Source: Yuukianura sp. NJ FZ-2021 (lineage: Eukaryota). From it: a DNA stretch of 64,000 bases. Below, piece by piece: positions 63,801 through 64,000 of this stretch; the first letter of the stretch is position 1, and every line of letters begins with the position of its first letter. The translations under genes and the position numbers were made by a program. Under the pieces are notes generated by a model. That model was given only the letters and a program-made list of their open reading frames with translations. It had not been told where the DNA came from and searched no databases. The stretch is taken from NCBI GenBank assembly GCA_046563655.1, contig CM102290.1:2480001-2544000 (forward strand), given 5' to 3'.

Positions 63801-64000
63801 CTCCAGGAAAAGTGTCACTGTCAACATGTCGCCTGGGCATTCTGCACTACAAACCCCCATCACTCCACTTAGCATCTTCCTCCCTTCAAACACTTCTGCC
63901 ATTCAAGGACTCCGTTGCCACTAGGTTAGGTTGGGGAACAACCTTCAGTTGACACCGGAGAAAGCACAGTCGAAGTGACAAGCGAAGTGACAGACGAGTC

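Overview
Eukaryotic, intron-rich, AT-rich genomic DNA, most likely from an arthropod (inferred from the proteins); no rRNA, tRNA or CRISPR array recognised. Three protein-coding genes can be assembled by hand with phase-consistent GT-AG introns. (1) An eyegone-class Pax gene on + (6 coding exons, 9822-22769, 599 aa) with a truncated PAI subdomain, an intact RED subdomain and an S50 homeodomain. (2) A secreted, probably acatalytic carbonic anhydrase-related protein of the CA10/CARP type on + (9 coding exons, 42255-59784, 363 aa) with an unusual Gly-rich insertion. (3) A 2-exon gene I do not recognise, nested antisense in a CARP intron (51780-50449, 419 aa), with acidic Gln/Gly repeats and a C-terminal transmembrane tail ending GGPPK. 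The non-coding DNA is strongly structured. It shows a repeating AT-rich -> G-rich -> C-rich sawtooth of roughly 0.5-0.8 kb with many short inverted repeats. It also holds four copies of a MITE family with CAAGGTT ends and 8-9 bp TSDs, whose inner arms co-vary per copy and whose target sites sit in flanking hairpins. Other features are a near-perfect 45-bp hairpin in an eyg intron, many paired nuclear-receptor half-sites and oriented TTAGG dimers. All calls were made by eye; no search or computation was run.
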